57,387 nucleotides of DNA from an uncultured Acidimicrobiaceae bacterium (GTDB lineage: Bacteria; Actinomycetota; Acidimicrobiia; Spongiisociales; UBA5794), in the NCBI GenBank assembly GCA_964505525.1, contig CAZDIQ010000002.1:1-57387 (forward strand). Direction: 5' to 3'. The first letter of the stretch is position 1, and the number at the start of each line of letters is the position of its first letter. Position numbers and translations under genes: made by a program. Positions 1 to 8,753 of this stretch are shown in pieces. The notes under the pieces are model-generated. The model was not told where the DNA came from and did not search any database. It saw only the letters and a program-made list of their open reading frames with translations.

Positions 1-600
1 CAATTAGGAGAACATCATGTTACGAAGACTGGTAGCGCTGTCAGCTGCTGTGGTGATGGTTTCCACGAGATCATCGATCCGCTCATTGCAGCAGGCGACA
101 TCACCATCGGTGGTGACGAGTTCATCGACAACTGGGCACCTGAAGGAGCTCAGACCGCCATGGAGCAGATCCTGACGGCGAATAACAACGACATCGACGG
201 CGTTCTCTCGCAGAACGACGGCATGGCAGGTGGCGTCATTGCCGCACTGGCTTTGCAGGGCATGGACGGTACGACCTCGGTCGGTGGACAGGACGGCGAC
301 CTCGCAGCCCTGAACCGCATCGCCCTTGGAACCCAAGGTGTCAGTGTCTGGAAGGACGCGACCGAGCTCGGTACGGAAGCCGGTATTGCGGCTATCCAAC
401 TCTGTGCGGACCCTGATCCTGCGAACGTTGCGGGCACCGCACCGTTCGAGACTCCAGAAGGCAACACTGTGGTGTCGATCCTTCTGGCGCCGGTTCCGAT
501 TACGAACGAGAACCTGCAGGTTGTCCTCGATGCACACTGGATCGATGAGGCGACGCTGTGCCAGGGAGTTCCATCCGGTTCAGTCGACGGTTGTCCTTAA
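1..600 (+). CDS. Sugar ABC transporter substrate-binding protein (type I periplasmic-binding fold, xylose/ribose-like), 3' part only; 5' end lies outside the window
   Basis: Frame 1 is open from base 1 to the stop at 598-600. The translated tail (GVLSQNDGMAGGVIAALALQGMDG...VWKDATELG) resembles CUT2 sugar SBPs. The cognate permease and ATPase genes follow directly. Confidence 0.75.
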   Translation, partial: QLGEHHVTKTGSAVSCCGDGFHEIIDPLIAAGDITIGGDEFIDNWAPEGAQTAMEQILTANNNDIDGVLSQNDGMAGGVIAALALQGMDGTTSVGGQDGDLAALNRIALGTQGVSVWKDATELGTEAGIAAIQLCADPDPANVAGTAPFETPEGNTVVSILLAPVPITNENLQVVLDAHWIDEATLCQGVPSGSVDGCP

Positions 601-709
601 CCGGTACTGACCAAAAACGCAACAGAAGCCCTGTGGGCATGGTCTCGGCCATGCCCACAGGGCTACCCTGTTCCGAGTTCTGCATGACCCCGATCGAAAT
701 CGTGTGTGA

Positions 710-2029
710 ATGACCGACCGAGACGTCCACCAAGATGCACCAGAGCTGCAGGAGTCGGGAAGGCCCTCGTTCAAGTCGCTTGTCGGTGCTCTCGAGGTCG
801 ACCTACGAATCCTCGGGATGGTCACCGCTCTGGTTGTCATGTGGATCGGATTCGACATCCTCTCGGACGGTCTGTTCCTCACCTCCCGCAACCTGTGGAA
901 CCTGTCCGTTCAGTCAGCAGCGGTGGCAATCCTCGCCACCGGGATGGTTCTCATCATCGTCGCAAGACACATCGACCTGTCCGTCGGTTCGATCGTGGTC
1001 TTTGTCGCGATGTGCATGGGACTTGCCCAAACGGAGTGGATTCCCGTCAAGCTTGGTCTCGGGCTCCAGTGGCCGTACACGTGGATCGTCGTACTCATCT
1101 TCGGCCTCATCCTGGGTGGCCTCATCGGTGGGCTCCAAGGTTGGATCGTCGCCTACGTAGGAGTGCCGTCTTTCATCGTGACCCTCGGCGGTCTTCTCGT
1201 TTTTCGCGCCCTTGCGTTTCAGCTCGCATCAGGACGAACGATTGCTCCGCTTGATCCGACCTTCCAGCTCCTTGGCGGTGGACCGAGTGGATCCCTCGGT
1301 GAATGGAGGAGTTGGCTCGTTGCGGGTATCGCCTGCATAGCGATCATCGCGAGCCTGCTTCTTGGTCGCAGACGGCGTCGCCGTCATGACTTCCCCCTGA
1401 GACCGGTGTGGGCCGAAGTCTTTCTCGGTGTAGTGGGATGTGCCGCGGTTATCGGAGCGGTCCTGGTCGTAAACAGATACATGTGGCCACCCGCCCTCGC
1501 CGAGCGATACGCAAACGAGAACGGCATCCCGATTCCCCCTGGGGGTCTCCAGATACCGACCGGTATCGCGATACCGGTCCTCATCGCGATCGCCGTTGCG
1601 GTGCTCATGACCTTCCTCGCACGGCGACGGAAGTTCGGACGCTACGTCTACTCGATCGGCGGCAACCCCGAGGCAGCAAAGCTCGCTGGTATCAACACGC
1701 GGTTCACCATTCTCAAGACGTTCGCGGTGATGGGAGTGCTTGCCGGTCTGGGCGCGGCGGTCATCTCGGCTCGCCTGAACGCGGCAACGATCGGTTTGGG
1801 CCAAGGTCTCGAGCTGTCGGTGATTGCCGCAGCCGTCATCGGTGGCACCTCGTTTGCGGGTGGTGTCGGCACGATCGCTGGCGCCATGCTTGGTGCCGTC
1901 GTGATGCAATCACTGCAGTCGGGGATGGTGCTGATGCAGGTTTCGACGGCGACCCAGGATGTTGTGGTCGGTGTGCTCCTGGTAGCAGCGGTCGCATTCG
2001 ATACGGTTCTCGCACGACGTCGGGCATAG
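710..2029 (+). CDS. Sugar ABC transporter permease (CUT2, XylH/RbsC-like)
   Basis: 439-aa multi-pass hydrophobic ORF. The C-terminal half ([17 protein letters not shown]...[18 protein letters not shown]) matches the conserved core of CUT2 permeases. It lies between the SBP and ATPase genes. Confidence 0.85.
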   Translation: MTDRDVHQDAPELQESGRPSFKSLVGALEVDLRILGMVTALVVMWIGFDILSDGLFLTSRNLWNLSVQSAAVAILATGMVLIIVARHIDLSVGSIVVFVAMCMGLAQTEWIPVKLGLGLQWPYTWIVVLIFGLILGGLIGGLQGWIVAYVGVPSFIVTLGGLLVFRALAFQLASGRTIAPLDPTFQLLGGGPSGSLGEWRSWLVAGIACIAIIASLLLGRRRRRRHDFPLRPVWAEVFLGVVGCAAVIGAVLVVNRYMWPPALAERYANENGIPIPPGGLQIPTGIAIPVLIAIAVAVLMTFLARRRKFGRYVYSIGGNPEAAKLAGINTRFTILKTFAVMGVLAGLGAAVISARLNAATIGLGQGLELSVIAAAVIGGTSFAGGVGTIAGAMLGAVVMQSLQSGMVLMQVSTATQDVVVGVLLVAAVAFDTVLARRRA

Positions 2030-2034
2030 GAGCG

Positions 2035-2868
2035 ATGGCTATGAGTGACGCCAGTACAACGACGAACGGGCACACGTCGGAGGATTCCGATAGTCGGATC
2101 CCTCTCGTCGAGATGCGCAACATACGCGTGTCGTTCGGGGGCGTGCACGCCGTTGATGATGTGTCTGTCGATGTCCATGCAGGCGAAGTTGTGGGTCTTG
2201 TCGGTGGGAACGGGGCAGGCAAGTCAACGCTCATCAGAGTTCTGTCAGGGGCACACCCTGCAGACGAGGGGGAGATCTTCATCAACGGTGAGAAGGTGTC
2301 GATCGCCAATCCGCGCGACGCGAAAGACCTCGGCATCGAGGCGATCTACCAGACCCTTGCTCTCGCGGACAACACGGACGCCGCTGCAAACCTGTTCCTC
2401 GGCAGGGAACTCACGAACCGGTTCGGCTCGCTCGACGACGTCGCGATGGAGTCAGCGGCCCGCAAGGTCATCGGTCGGCTCAACCCGAGGTTCAAGAACT
2501 TCAAGGACCCGGTTGAGAAGCTCTCCGGAGGGCAGCGTCAATCGGTTGCCATCGCGAGGGCGGTCCAGTTCAACGCCAGGATCCTGATCATGGACGAACC
2601 GACGGCAGCCCTCGGGCCCGCGGAGACGGAGCAGGTCCGTGAGCTTGTCACGCAGTTGAAGGCTGAGGGCATCGGCATCTTCATGATCAGCCACGACATC
2701 CACGACGTGTTTGATCTCTCGGACCGCATCAGCGTCATGCACCAGGGCGAACTCGTCGCGACCGTGGACAAGGACACGGTGACCAAGGACGAGGTCCTCG
2801 CCATGATCATCATGGGCAAACCACGTGAGCAGGTCACAGACGAGGAACTCGCCGATCTCACCGAGTGA
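2035..2868 (+). CDS. Sugar ABC transporter ATP-binding protein (single nucleotide-binding domain)
   Basis: Walker [13 protein letters not shown] signature LSGGQRQ and Walker B ILIMDEPT are present. The long ORF 1408..2868 overlaps the permease, so I moved the start to the in-frame ATG at 2035 (MAMSDAS...), just after the permease stop. Confidence 0.88.
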   Translation: MAMSDASTTTNGHTSEDSDSRIPLVEMRNIRVSFGGVHAVDDVSVDVHAGEVVGLVGGNGAGKSTLIRVLSGAHPADEGEIFINGEKVSIANPRDAKDLGIEAIYQTLALADNTDAAANLFLGRELTNRFGSLDDVAMESAARKVIGRLNPRFKNFKDPVEKLSGGQRQSVAIARAVQFNARILIMDEPTAALGPAETEQVRELVTQLKAEGIGIFMISHDIHDVFDLSDRISVMHQGELVATVDKDTVTKDEVLAMIIMGKPREQVTDEELADLTE

Positions 2869-2942
2869 GGGCGTGCCCCTGGGTGCGCGCCATTCAAGTT
2901 CTTCTGCCCGGTTGCCGATACTGACGCCAGGATCGGTGAACC

Positions 2943-4790
2943 ATGCAAACACATCCGGTGCCCACCAGCGCTCGGGTCATAGTTCGACTCTTCGTGATCG
3001 CGGCTTTCGCGCTCGTTTGGCTCGCCGTGTCCGCCACCTCATCGAGCGCCCTCCCACCTGCTGGCAACCCTGACGGTGCGGCACCGGTACCCGCCGCAGC
3101 ACGGGCCGAGAACACTTCCAACCCCGACCGGGTCATCGGAACCGGCACACCGGCGTCATGCACCTCGGCTGCCGTGGTGGCAGCGGTGGCGCAGGGTGGG
3201 GTGATCACCTTCAACTGCGGTCCCGGTCACGTCACCATCGACATGTACGCGACGGCGAAGGTCGTGAACAACGCATCGAACAAGGTCGTCCTCGACGGTG
3301 GCGGCAAGGTGACCCTCAACGGTCGCAACGCGATCCGCATCCTGTACATGAACACGTGCGACAAGGCGCAGGTGTGGACGACAGATCATTGTCAGAATCA
3401 GCCGTATCCCGAACTCACCGTCCAGAATCTGACGTTCATCAACGGCAACGCGAAGAACGAACACACGTATGACGGCGGTGGAGCGATCTGGGTCCGTGGT
3501 GGCCGGTTCAAGATCGTCAACTCACGGTTCTTCAACAATGTATGTGCAACCACCGGTCCCGATGTCGGTGGTGGAGCCGTGCGGGTCTTCAGCCAGTACA
3601 ACACACAGCCGGTGTACGTCACCAACAGCACGTTCGGTGGCGAACCGGGGCTTGGCAACGTGTGCTCGAACGGTGGGGCGCTGTCGAGCATCGGTGTGTC
3701 GTGGACGATCATCAACAGCCTGCTGACCGACAACGACACGACCGGTTGGGGTGCAAACCCCGCAAAGCCTGGGACACCGGGAGGGGGCAACGGTGGAGCC
3801 ATCGCGCTTGACGGGAACACCTACACATTGCGGCTCGACGGCACGCGGATCGAGAGGAACCATGCCAGGGCAGGTGGCGGTGGCGTGTTCTACGTGTCGA
3901 ACAATCGAACCGGCGAGATGTACATCAACGACTCGGTGATCGTTGCGAACCCTTCCGACGACTTCGAGACCAAGGGCTATCCGGGGTTCTTCATCATCGC
4001 CAAAGCCGGATTTCCCAAGGTCACCAACTCGATCATCTCCAAGGTTCCACCGTCGAAGTATTCGGGGGTGCCAGGTGGTGATTCGCCCGGTCTGGTCGAT
4101 CCTTCGACTGGTCGGTGGTGGATCACCGATGTCGAGGGCGATTCGAAATCGTTCTACTTCGGCAATCCCGGGGACATCCCGTTCATGGGCGACTGGAACT
4201 GTGACGGCATCGATACCCCGGGCTTGTACCGCCAGTCCGACGGATATGTGTATCTGAGGAACTCGAACACCCAGGGCATTGCCGACATCAGTTTCTACTT
4301 CGGCAACCCGGGTGACATCCCACTTGCTGGTGACTTCGATGGGGACAACTGTGACACCGTTGGGTTGTATCGCCCATCCGAGGGTCGGTTCTTTGTCATC
4401 GACAAGCTCGGGAGCCGCGACGCGGGTCTTGGGAAGGCCACGACGTCCTATCTGTTCGGGAACCCCGGTGATGTGCCATTCGCCGGTGACTTCGATGGTG
4501 ATGGCAAGGACACGTTCGGTCTGTACCGCACGTCGACGGGGCTTGTGTATCTGCGCAACGTCCACACGCAAGGAACGGCGCATCAGTCGTTCATATACGG
4601 GAACCCGAATGATCGGTTCGTCACCGGCGATTGGAACAATGACGGGCGTGACTCACCCGGTGTGTTCCGACCATCGGTCAGCAAGCTGTACGTCCGCTTC
4701 CACAACTCTGCAGGGAACGCCGACCGCACCATGGATGCCTGGTCTTCGAACCTGATCCCCGTCGCCGGGTACTTCGGCGACCTCCCCTGA
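2943..4790 (+). CDS. Secreted right-handed beta-helix (pectate-lyase-like/Pmp-repeat) protein with a C-terminal FG-GAP/VCBS-like repeat module
   Basis: N-terminal hydrophobic signal/anchor ([21 protein letters not shown]). Gly/Asn-rich helical-coil repeats follow ([38 protein letters not shown]). The C-terminus holds 4-5 copies of a ~47-aa repeat, [14 protein letters not shown](W/F)(D/N)xDGxDTxGLYR. Confidence 0.7.
   Translation: MQTHPVPTSARVIVRLFVIAAFALVWLAVSATSSSALPPAGNPDGAAPVPAAARAENTSNPDRVIGTGTPASCTSAAVVAAVAQGGVITFNCGPGHVTIDMYATAKVVNNASNKVVLDGGGKVTLNGRNAIRILYMNTCDKAQVWTTDHCQNQPYPELTVQNLTFINGNAKNEHTYDGGGAIWVRGGRFKIVNSRFFNNVCATTGPDVGGGAVRVFSQYNTQPVYVTNSTFGGEPGLGNVCSNGGALSSIGVSWTIINSLLTDNDTTGWGANPAKPGTPGGGNGGAIALDGNTYTLRLDGTRIERNHARAGGGGVFYVSNNRTGEMYINDSVIVANPSDDFETKGYPGFFIIAKAGFPKVTNSIISKVPPSKYSGVPGGDSPGLVDPSTGRWWITDVEGDSKSFYFGNPGDIPFMGDWNCDGIDTPGLYRQSDGYVYLRNSNTQGIADISFYFGNPGDIPLAGDFDGDNCDTVGLYRPSEGRFFVIDKLGSRDAGLGKATTSYLFGNPGDVPFAGDFDGDGKDTFGLYRTSTGLVYLRNVHTQGTAHQSFIYGNPNDRFVTGDWNNDGRDSPGVFRPSVSKLYVRFHNSAGNADRTMDAWSSNLIPVAGYFGDLP
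4055..4790 (+). repeat. Copy A of a ~735-bp duplicated coding module (C-terminal repeat domain), paralogous to 5892..6626
   Basis: The DNA aligns base-for-base with 5892..6626 at high identity. This includes a 113-nt identical tract (4281..4393 = 6117..6229). Confidence 0.85.
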
Positions 4791-4976
4791 CCGACGACCG
4801 GGTCGCGGGCGATTTTCTGAGTCCGCGAATTGATTGCTTCAGGTTTCGCTATAGATGCCGAGAGCTACGCTAGGTGACTATGCGACTCCTCTCAGGATAG
4901 CTAGTCAGAAAGGCGCGGAGCGTGTCGCTCCGCACCGACCACGACGGGTTCACACCCATCGGAGGGAGAGAGAACA

Positions 4977-6626
4977 ATGGCACGACGATTCAAGCTCTTT
5001 GTATTGGTCGCACTGGTCCTTGTAGTCGCGCTCGGATTCGTTCCGACGATCGCACCCACCCCCGCCTCGGCGAGGCCGGGTCCGTGGAGTCCGACACCGG
5101 GCACGACATGGCAATGGCAGCTCACCGGACGGATCGACACATCGGTCGACGTGGATGTCTACAACGTCGACCTGTTCGACACGTCGGAGTCCGTTGTGCG
5201 GACCCTGCACAACGACGGCAAGAGGGTCATCTGCTACATGAGCGCCGGGTCGTACGAGAACTGGCGTGACGATGCGAAGTCGTTCCCATCGTCGGTGTTG
5301 GGGAACTCCAACGGGTGGTCGGGCGAGCGGTGGCTCGACATCCGCCGAATCGACATCCTCGGACCCATCATGGAAGCCCGCATGGATCTGTGTGCCAAGA
5401 AGGGATTCGATGCCGTCGAGGTCGACAATATCGACGGGTACGCGAACAGAGGCACAGGGTTTCCGTTGACCGGTGCGGACCAGCTCGCCTACAACCGCTT
5501 TCTTGCCAAGGCTGCCCATGCCCGCGGGCTGTCGATCGGTATGAAGAACAACCTCGACCAGGTGAGGGCCCTCGTCAACGACTACGACTTCGCCATCAAC
5601 GAGGAATGCGCTGAGTGGAACGAATGCCGCTTGCTGAAGCCATTCATCGACGCAGGTAAGGCCGTGTTCCATGCCGAGTACAAGCTCACCCTCGGTCAGT
5701 TCTGCGAGCAGAGCAAGGCTCTCGGGTTGTCGTCCATAAGGAAGAAGCTCAACCTCGACGCATGGGTCGAGCGGTGCGACACAAGCGCACGGCCACCGGC
5801 TCCTCCTGTAGCCCCGAGGCCACCGGCTCCGGCCCCACCGCCACCGCCACCAGGCCCACCGACCCAGCCGACTCCTCCACCACCGCCCCCGAAGTATGTC
5901 GGGGTGTCCGGTGGGGATTCGCCCGGTCTGGTTGATCCAACCTCTGGCCGGTGGTGGATCACCGACGTCGAGAATGACTCGAAGTCGTTCTACTTCGGGA
6001 ATCCCGGTGACGTCCCGTTCATGGGCGACTGGGATTGTGACGGCATCGACACGCCAGGGTTGTATCGCCAGTCCGATGGCTATGTGTACCTCAGAAACTC
6101 GAACACACAGGGGATCGCCGACATCAGTTTCTACTTCGGCAACCCGGGTGACATCCCACTTGCTGGTGACTTCGATGGGGACAACTGTGACACCGTTGGG
6201 TTGTATCGCCCATCCGAGGGTCGGTTCTTCGTGATCAACCAGCTCGGCAAGGGCGACGCCGGTCTCGGGAAGGCCTCGCAGGACTACCTGTTCGGGAATC
6301 CCGGCGATGTGCCGTTCGCTGGTGACTTCGATGGTGACGGAATCGACACGTTCGGTTTGTATCGCACATCGACGGGTCTTGTGTACATGCGCAACGCCCA
6401 CAGCCAGGGCACGGCGGATGTGTCGTTCATCTACGGCAACCCGAGAGATCGGTTTGTCACGGGTGATTGGAATGCTGACGGTCGTGACTCACCCGGTGTG
6501 TTCCGGCCATCGACAAGCAAGCTCTACATCCGTTATCACAACTCCGCGGGGACAGCCGATGCCGTGTTGGATGCATGGTCATCGAACCTGATCCCCGTGG
6601 CGGGCCACTACGGCAACCTCCCCTGA
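4977..6626 (+). CDS. Secreted GH114-like endo-alpha-1,4-polygalactosaminidase with a Pro-rich linker and the same C-terminal FG-GAP/VCBS-like repeat module
   Basis: Signal peptide (MARRFKLFVLVALVLVVALGF...ASA). The catalytic region (TWQWQLTG...VICYMSAGSYENWRDD...GERWLDIR...GFDAVEVDNIDGY...GMKNN) fits the glycosyl hydrolase 114 pattern. A poly-Pro linker follows (PPAPPVAPRPPAPAPPPPPPGPPTQPTPPPPPP). RBS GGAGGGAGAG lies upstream of the ATG. Confidence 0.8.
   Translation: MARRFKLFVLVALVLVVALGFVPTIAPTPASARPGPWSPTPGTTWQWQLTGRIDTSVDVDVYNVDLFDTSESVVRTLHNDGKRVICYMSAGSYENWRDDAKSFPSSVLGNSNGWSGERWLDIRRIDILGPIMEARMDLCAKKGFDAVEVDNIDGYANRGTGFPLTGADQLAYNRFLAKAAHARGLSIGMKNNLDQVRALVNDYDFAINEECAEWNECRLLKPFIDAGKAVFHAEYKLTLGQFCEQSKALGLSSIRKKLNLDAWVERCDTSARPPAPPVAPRPPAPAPPPPPPGPPTQPTPPPPPPKYVGVSGGDSPGLVDPTSGRWWITDVENDSKSFYFGNPGDVPFMGDWDCDGIDTPGLYRQSDGYVYLRNSNTQGIADISFYFGNPGDIPLAGDFDGDNCDTVGLYRPSEGRFFVINQLGKGDAGLGKASQDYLFGNPGDVPFAGDFDGDGIDTFGLYRTSTGLVYMRNAHSQGTADVSFIYGNPRDRFVTGDWNADGRDSPGVFRPSTSKLYIRYHNSAGTADAVLDAWSSNLIPVAGHYGNLP
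5892..6626 (+). repeat. Copy B of the duplicated C-terminal module (see 4055..4790)
   Basis: Same repeat architecture and near-identical nucleotide sequence as copy A. Confidence 0.85.
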
Positions 6627-6636
6627 CCGACCGCCC

Positions 6637-6668
6637 GGCCTGCGGACGACGACGCGTGTCCGCAGGCC
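6637..6668. terminator. Bidirectional terminator-like hairpin between convergent genes
   Basis: GGCCTGCGGAC-N10-GTCCGCAGGCC forms a perfect 11-bp GC-rich stem. It lies in the 52-bp gap between the stops at 6626 (+) and 6679 (-). Confidence 0.55.
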
Positions 6669-6678
6669 TGAGGGCGAG

Positions 6679-7188
6679 TCAGTCGAGTGGTTTGGCGAAG
6701 CTGTAGGAAAAGATCGTCATGCCGTGGTCGAAGTAGAACTTGTGTGCCCGACCGCGTTGTACCCCTGAGTCAAGCGCGAGGGTGTTCGCCCCGAGGCGTC
6801 GTGCCTCGGATTCGAGCCACGCCATGATTTGCCCGCCGTATCCGCTTCCACGCAGCGATTCATCCGTCACAAGGTCATCTACGTAGAAGCGTCGACCGTG
6901 GAACGTCGTTGTGATGATCCGGTACACCGCAAGCGCCCGTGGCTCGTCGTCCTCGATGAGGACCACGAGTTTCGCACCCTCGTCGAACATCGTGGCAAGG
7001 TACTCGTCATAGGACCGGGGGATCGCCGTTCTCAGCTGGGTGTGCAGCGGTTCACAGACCGCGAGCAGTCGTCCCTGTTCGCTGTCGTCGTCAACCGGAA
7101 GCGTCCGGAACTCCATCGGCATGCGGTCCTCCTCGTCGGTTCGATGCAGGTGCGTCTCCCCGACGATACGACGAGTCGGTGGGCTCAC
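6679..7188 (-). CDS. GNAT-family N-acetyltransferase
   Basis: Acetyl-CoA binding core (FYVDDLVTDESLRGSGYGGQIMAWLESEARRLGANTLALDS) is present. The GTG start at 7188 overlaps the upstream stop as GTGA. An internal ATG at 7122 (MPMEF...) is an alternative start. Confidence 0.8.
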   Translation of the reverse strand: MSPPTRRIVGETHLHRTDEEDRMPMEFRTLPVDDDSEQGRLLAVCEPLHTQLRTAIPRSYDEYLATMFDEGAKLVVLIEDDEPRALAVYRIITTTFHGRRFYVDDLVTDESLRGSGYGGQIMAWLESEARRLGANTLALDSGVQRGRAHKFYFDHGMTIFSYSFAKPLD

Positions 7189-8753
7189 GCTTCGAAGACG
7201 ACTCGCCCTCCGATGAGCGTGGTCTCCGTGCGTACCGACGCGAGGTCCTCGGCGGAGAGTGGGTTGTCCGATGCGACCACGAAGTCAGCGTCCTTCCCGA
7301 CTTCGATGGTCCCCGCCCGTTGCTCATCGTGGTTGATCCATGCCGAACCCGATGTGAATGCCGCGAGCGCCTCCTCGCGGGTCAGCGCCTGTTGCGGGAG
7401 GAGTGGCTCGGGAGCTTGCGCTGTCGACCGGGTGACGGCGACGGCCATCTGGGCGAAGGCGTCCGCCGTCGATACCGACCAGTCCGACCCTGCACCCATG
7501 TGGGCGCCGGCGTCGAGCAGGGAGCGGAACGGGTACTGCCACGTCGAGCGTTCAGCCCCGAGACGCGGGATGGTCAGATCGATCATCGTGTCGTCGTGGC
7601 ACGCCCACAGCGCCTGGGCGTTCGCGGCCACCCCGATCGAGGCGAACCTCGGGATGTCGATCGGGTCGATGACATGGATGTGCGCGATGTGAGGGCGGAC
7701 CCGCCTGACATGGTCCGGATCGCCAGCTTCGACGGCATCGAGTGCAGTTCGGATTGCTCGGTCACCAATGGCGTGGAAGTGCGGTTGGATTCCCGCAGCC
7801 ATGATCTTCGGGACGATCGAGCGAAGGAGATCTTCCCCGAGGAAAGCGATGCCGCGGTCGTCGGTCGATCCTTCGTATGGCATCCCGAGGGCGCCGGTGC
7901 CGTTCTCGATCACACCGTCGACCATGAGCTTGATGCCCGTCGGCTCGTAGCGGGTCGTCGCCTCCTTGGTCATCTCCAACAGGTCGTCGAGTTGTTCCTC
8001 GCCGCGTTCCCTGTCCCACCACAACGAACCGAGCACTCGTGCGAGAAGGCGACCGTCGTTGTCGAGGGTGCGATATGCCCCATGGTCGATCGGTCGCACC
8101 CATGCGTCGTTCCAACCGGTGATCCCGAGGGAAAGCAGGTAGTCCTGACCGGCGAGGATGCCTCGGAGCGCTTCATCGGCCGTGTCCTCGGGAGCAAATC
8201 GTTCGACGAGGTCGATGGCTCCCTCCTGGAGCGTGCCGTTCGGGGTGCCGTCGGCGTCGCGTTCTATGCGTCCGTGCGTGGGATCGGGCGTAGAGCTGTC
8301 GACCCCGGCGATCTCAAGAGCACGTGAGTTGACCCACGCGGCATGCCCCTCGCTCGACAGCAGGAACACGGGACGGTCGGGGACGATCGCGTCAAGAATC
8401 GAACGGTGCGCAATGCCACCGTCGAACGCATTCATGGGCCAGCCACCGCCGAGGATCCATGGTGCGTCGGTGTTGCTCCGAGCATACGAAGCAATCGTGT
8501 CCACGTACGCCTCAGGATCGACTTCGTGGAGATCGCACCTGATGAGGGCGAGGCCACCCATCGGTGGGTGGACATGGGAGTCCTGGAATCCTGGCAACAG
8601 ACATCGGCCGTCGAGGTCGAACGTTTCACCGTCAGGCGCTGGACCCGCACCGACGTCGGTGATACGTGATCCCTCGACCACCACCCAGTCAGGCATCGAT
8701 CCGGTTCCCGTCCAGATCGACCCGTTGACGAACACAGTGCGGTGATGCGTCAC
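7185..8753 (-). CDS. Metal-dependent amidohydrolase (amidohydrolase-3 / YtcJ-like)
   Basis: Sequence shows LPGFQDSHVHP (HxH metal motif) and HAIGDRA, with typical length. I chose the GTG at 8753 because it forms a GTGA overlap with the stop of the upstream cyclase gene. The ORF is open up to 8840, so a longer version is possible. Confidence 0.8.
   Translation of the reverse strand: MTHHRTVFVNGSIWTGTGSMPDWVVVEGSRITDVGAGPAPDGETFDLDGRCLLPGFQDSHVHPPMGGLALIRCDLHEVDPEAYVDTIASYARSNTDAPWILGGGWPMNAFDGGIAHRSILDAIVPDRPVFLLSSEGHAAWVNSRALEIAGVDSSTPDPTHGRIERDADGTPNGTLQEGAIDLVERFAPEDTADEALRGILAGQDYLLSLGITGWNDAWVRPIDHGAYRTLDNDGRLLARVLGSLWWDRERGEEQLDDLLEMTKEATTRYEPTGIKLMVDGVIENGTGALGMPYEGSTDDRGIAFLGEDLLRSIVPKIMAAGIQPHFHAIGDRAIRTALDAVEAGDPDHVRRVRPHIAHIHVIDPIDIPRFASIGVAANAQALWACHDDTMIDLTIPRLGAERSTWQYPFRSLLDAGAHMGAGSDWSVSTADAFAQMAVAVTRSTAQAPEPLLPQQALTREEALAAFTSGSAWINHDEQRAGTIEVGKDADFVVASDNPLSAEDLASVRTETTLIGGRVVFEA

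Noticed and set aside
1408-2034. Long 5' extension of the ATPase ORF (1408..2868, 486 aa) overlapping the permease gene
   Set aside because: The extension is Arg/Gly/Pro-rich low-complexity sequence lying entirely inside the well-supported permease CDS in another frame. ABC motifs begin only after the in-frame ATG at 2035.
4831-4857. Possible promoter TTGATT ... TATAGAT upstream of the GH114-like gene
   Set aside because: The spacing (14-16 nt) and the -10 candidates do not fit TAnnnT or TATAAT well. I kept it only as a remark under the hairpin finding.
5800-5895. Proline-rich, C-rich low-complexity tract that looks like a tandem DNA repeat
   Set aside because: It is in frame within the GH114-like gene and encodes a poly-Pro inter-domain linker. 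It has no regular repeat unit and does not resemble a CRISPR or satellite array.
3522-6401. Long antisense ORFs 3522..4583 (-, 353 aa) and 4950..6401 (-, 483 aa) opposite the two secreted-protein genes
   Set aside because: These are typical high-GC antisense open frames. The translations are Arg/Val/Gly/Asp-rich with no recognisable motifs, while the sense-strand products have clear domain signatures and signal peptides.
6829-8327. Plus-strand ORFs 6829..7692 and 7179..8327 overlapping the GNAT and amidohydrolase genes
   Set aside because: The translations are low-complexity with no family resemblance. The minus-strand genes have strong family motifs and coupled starts.
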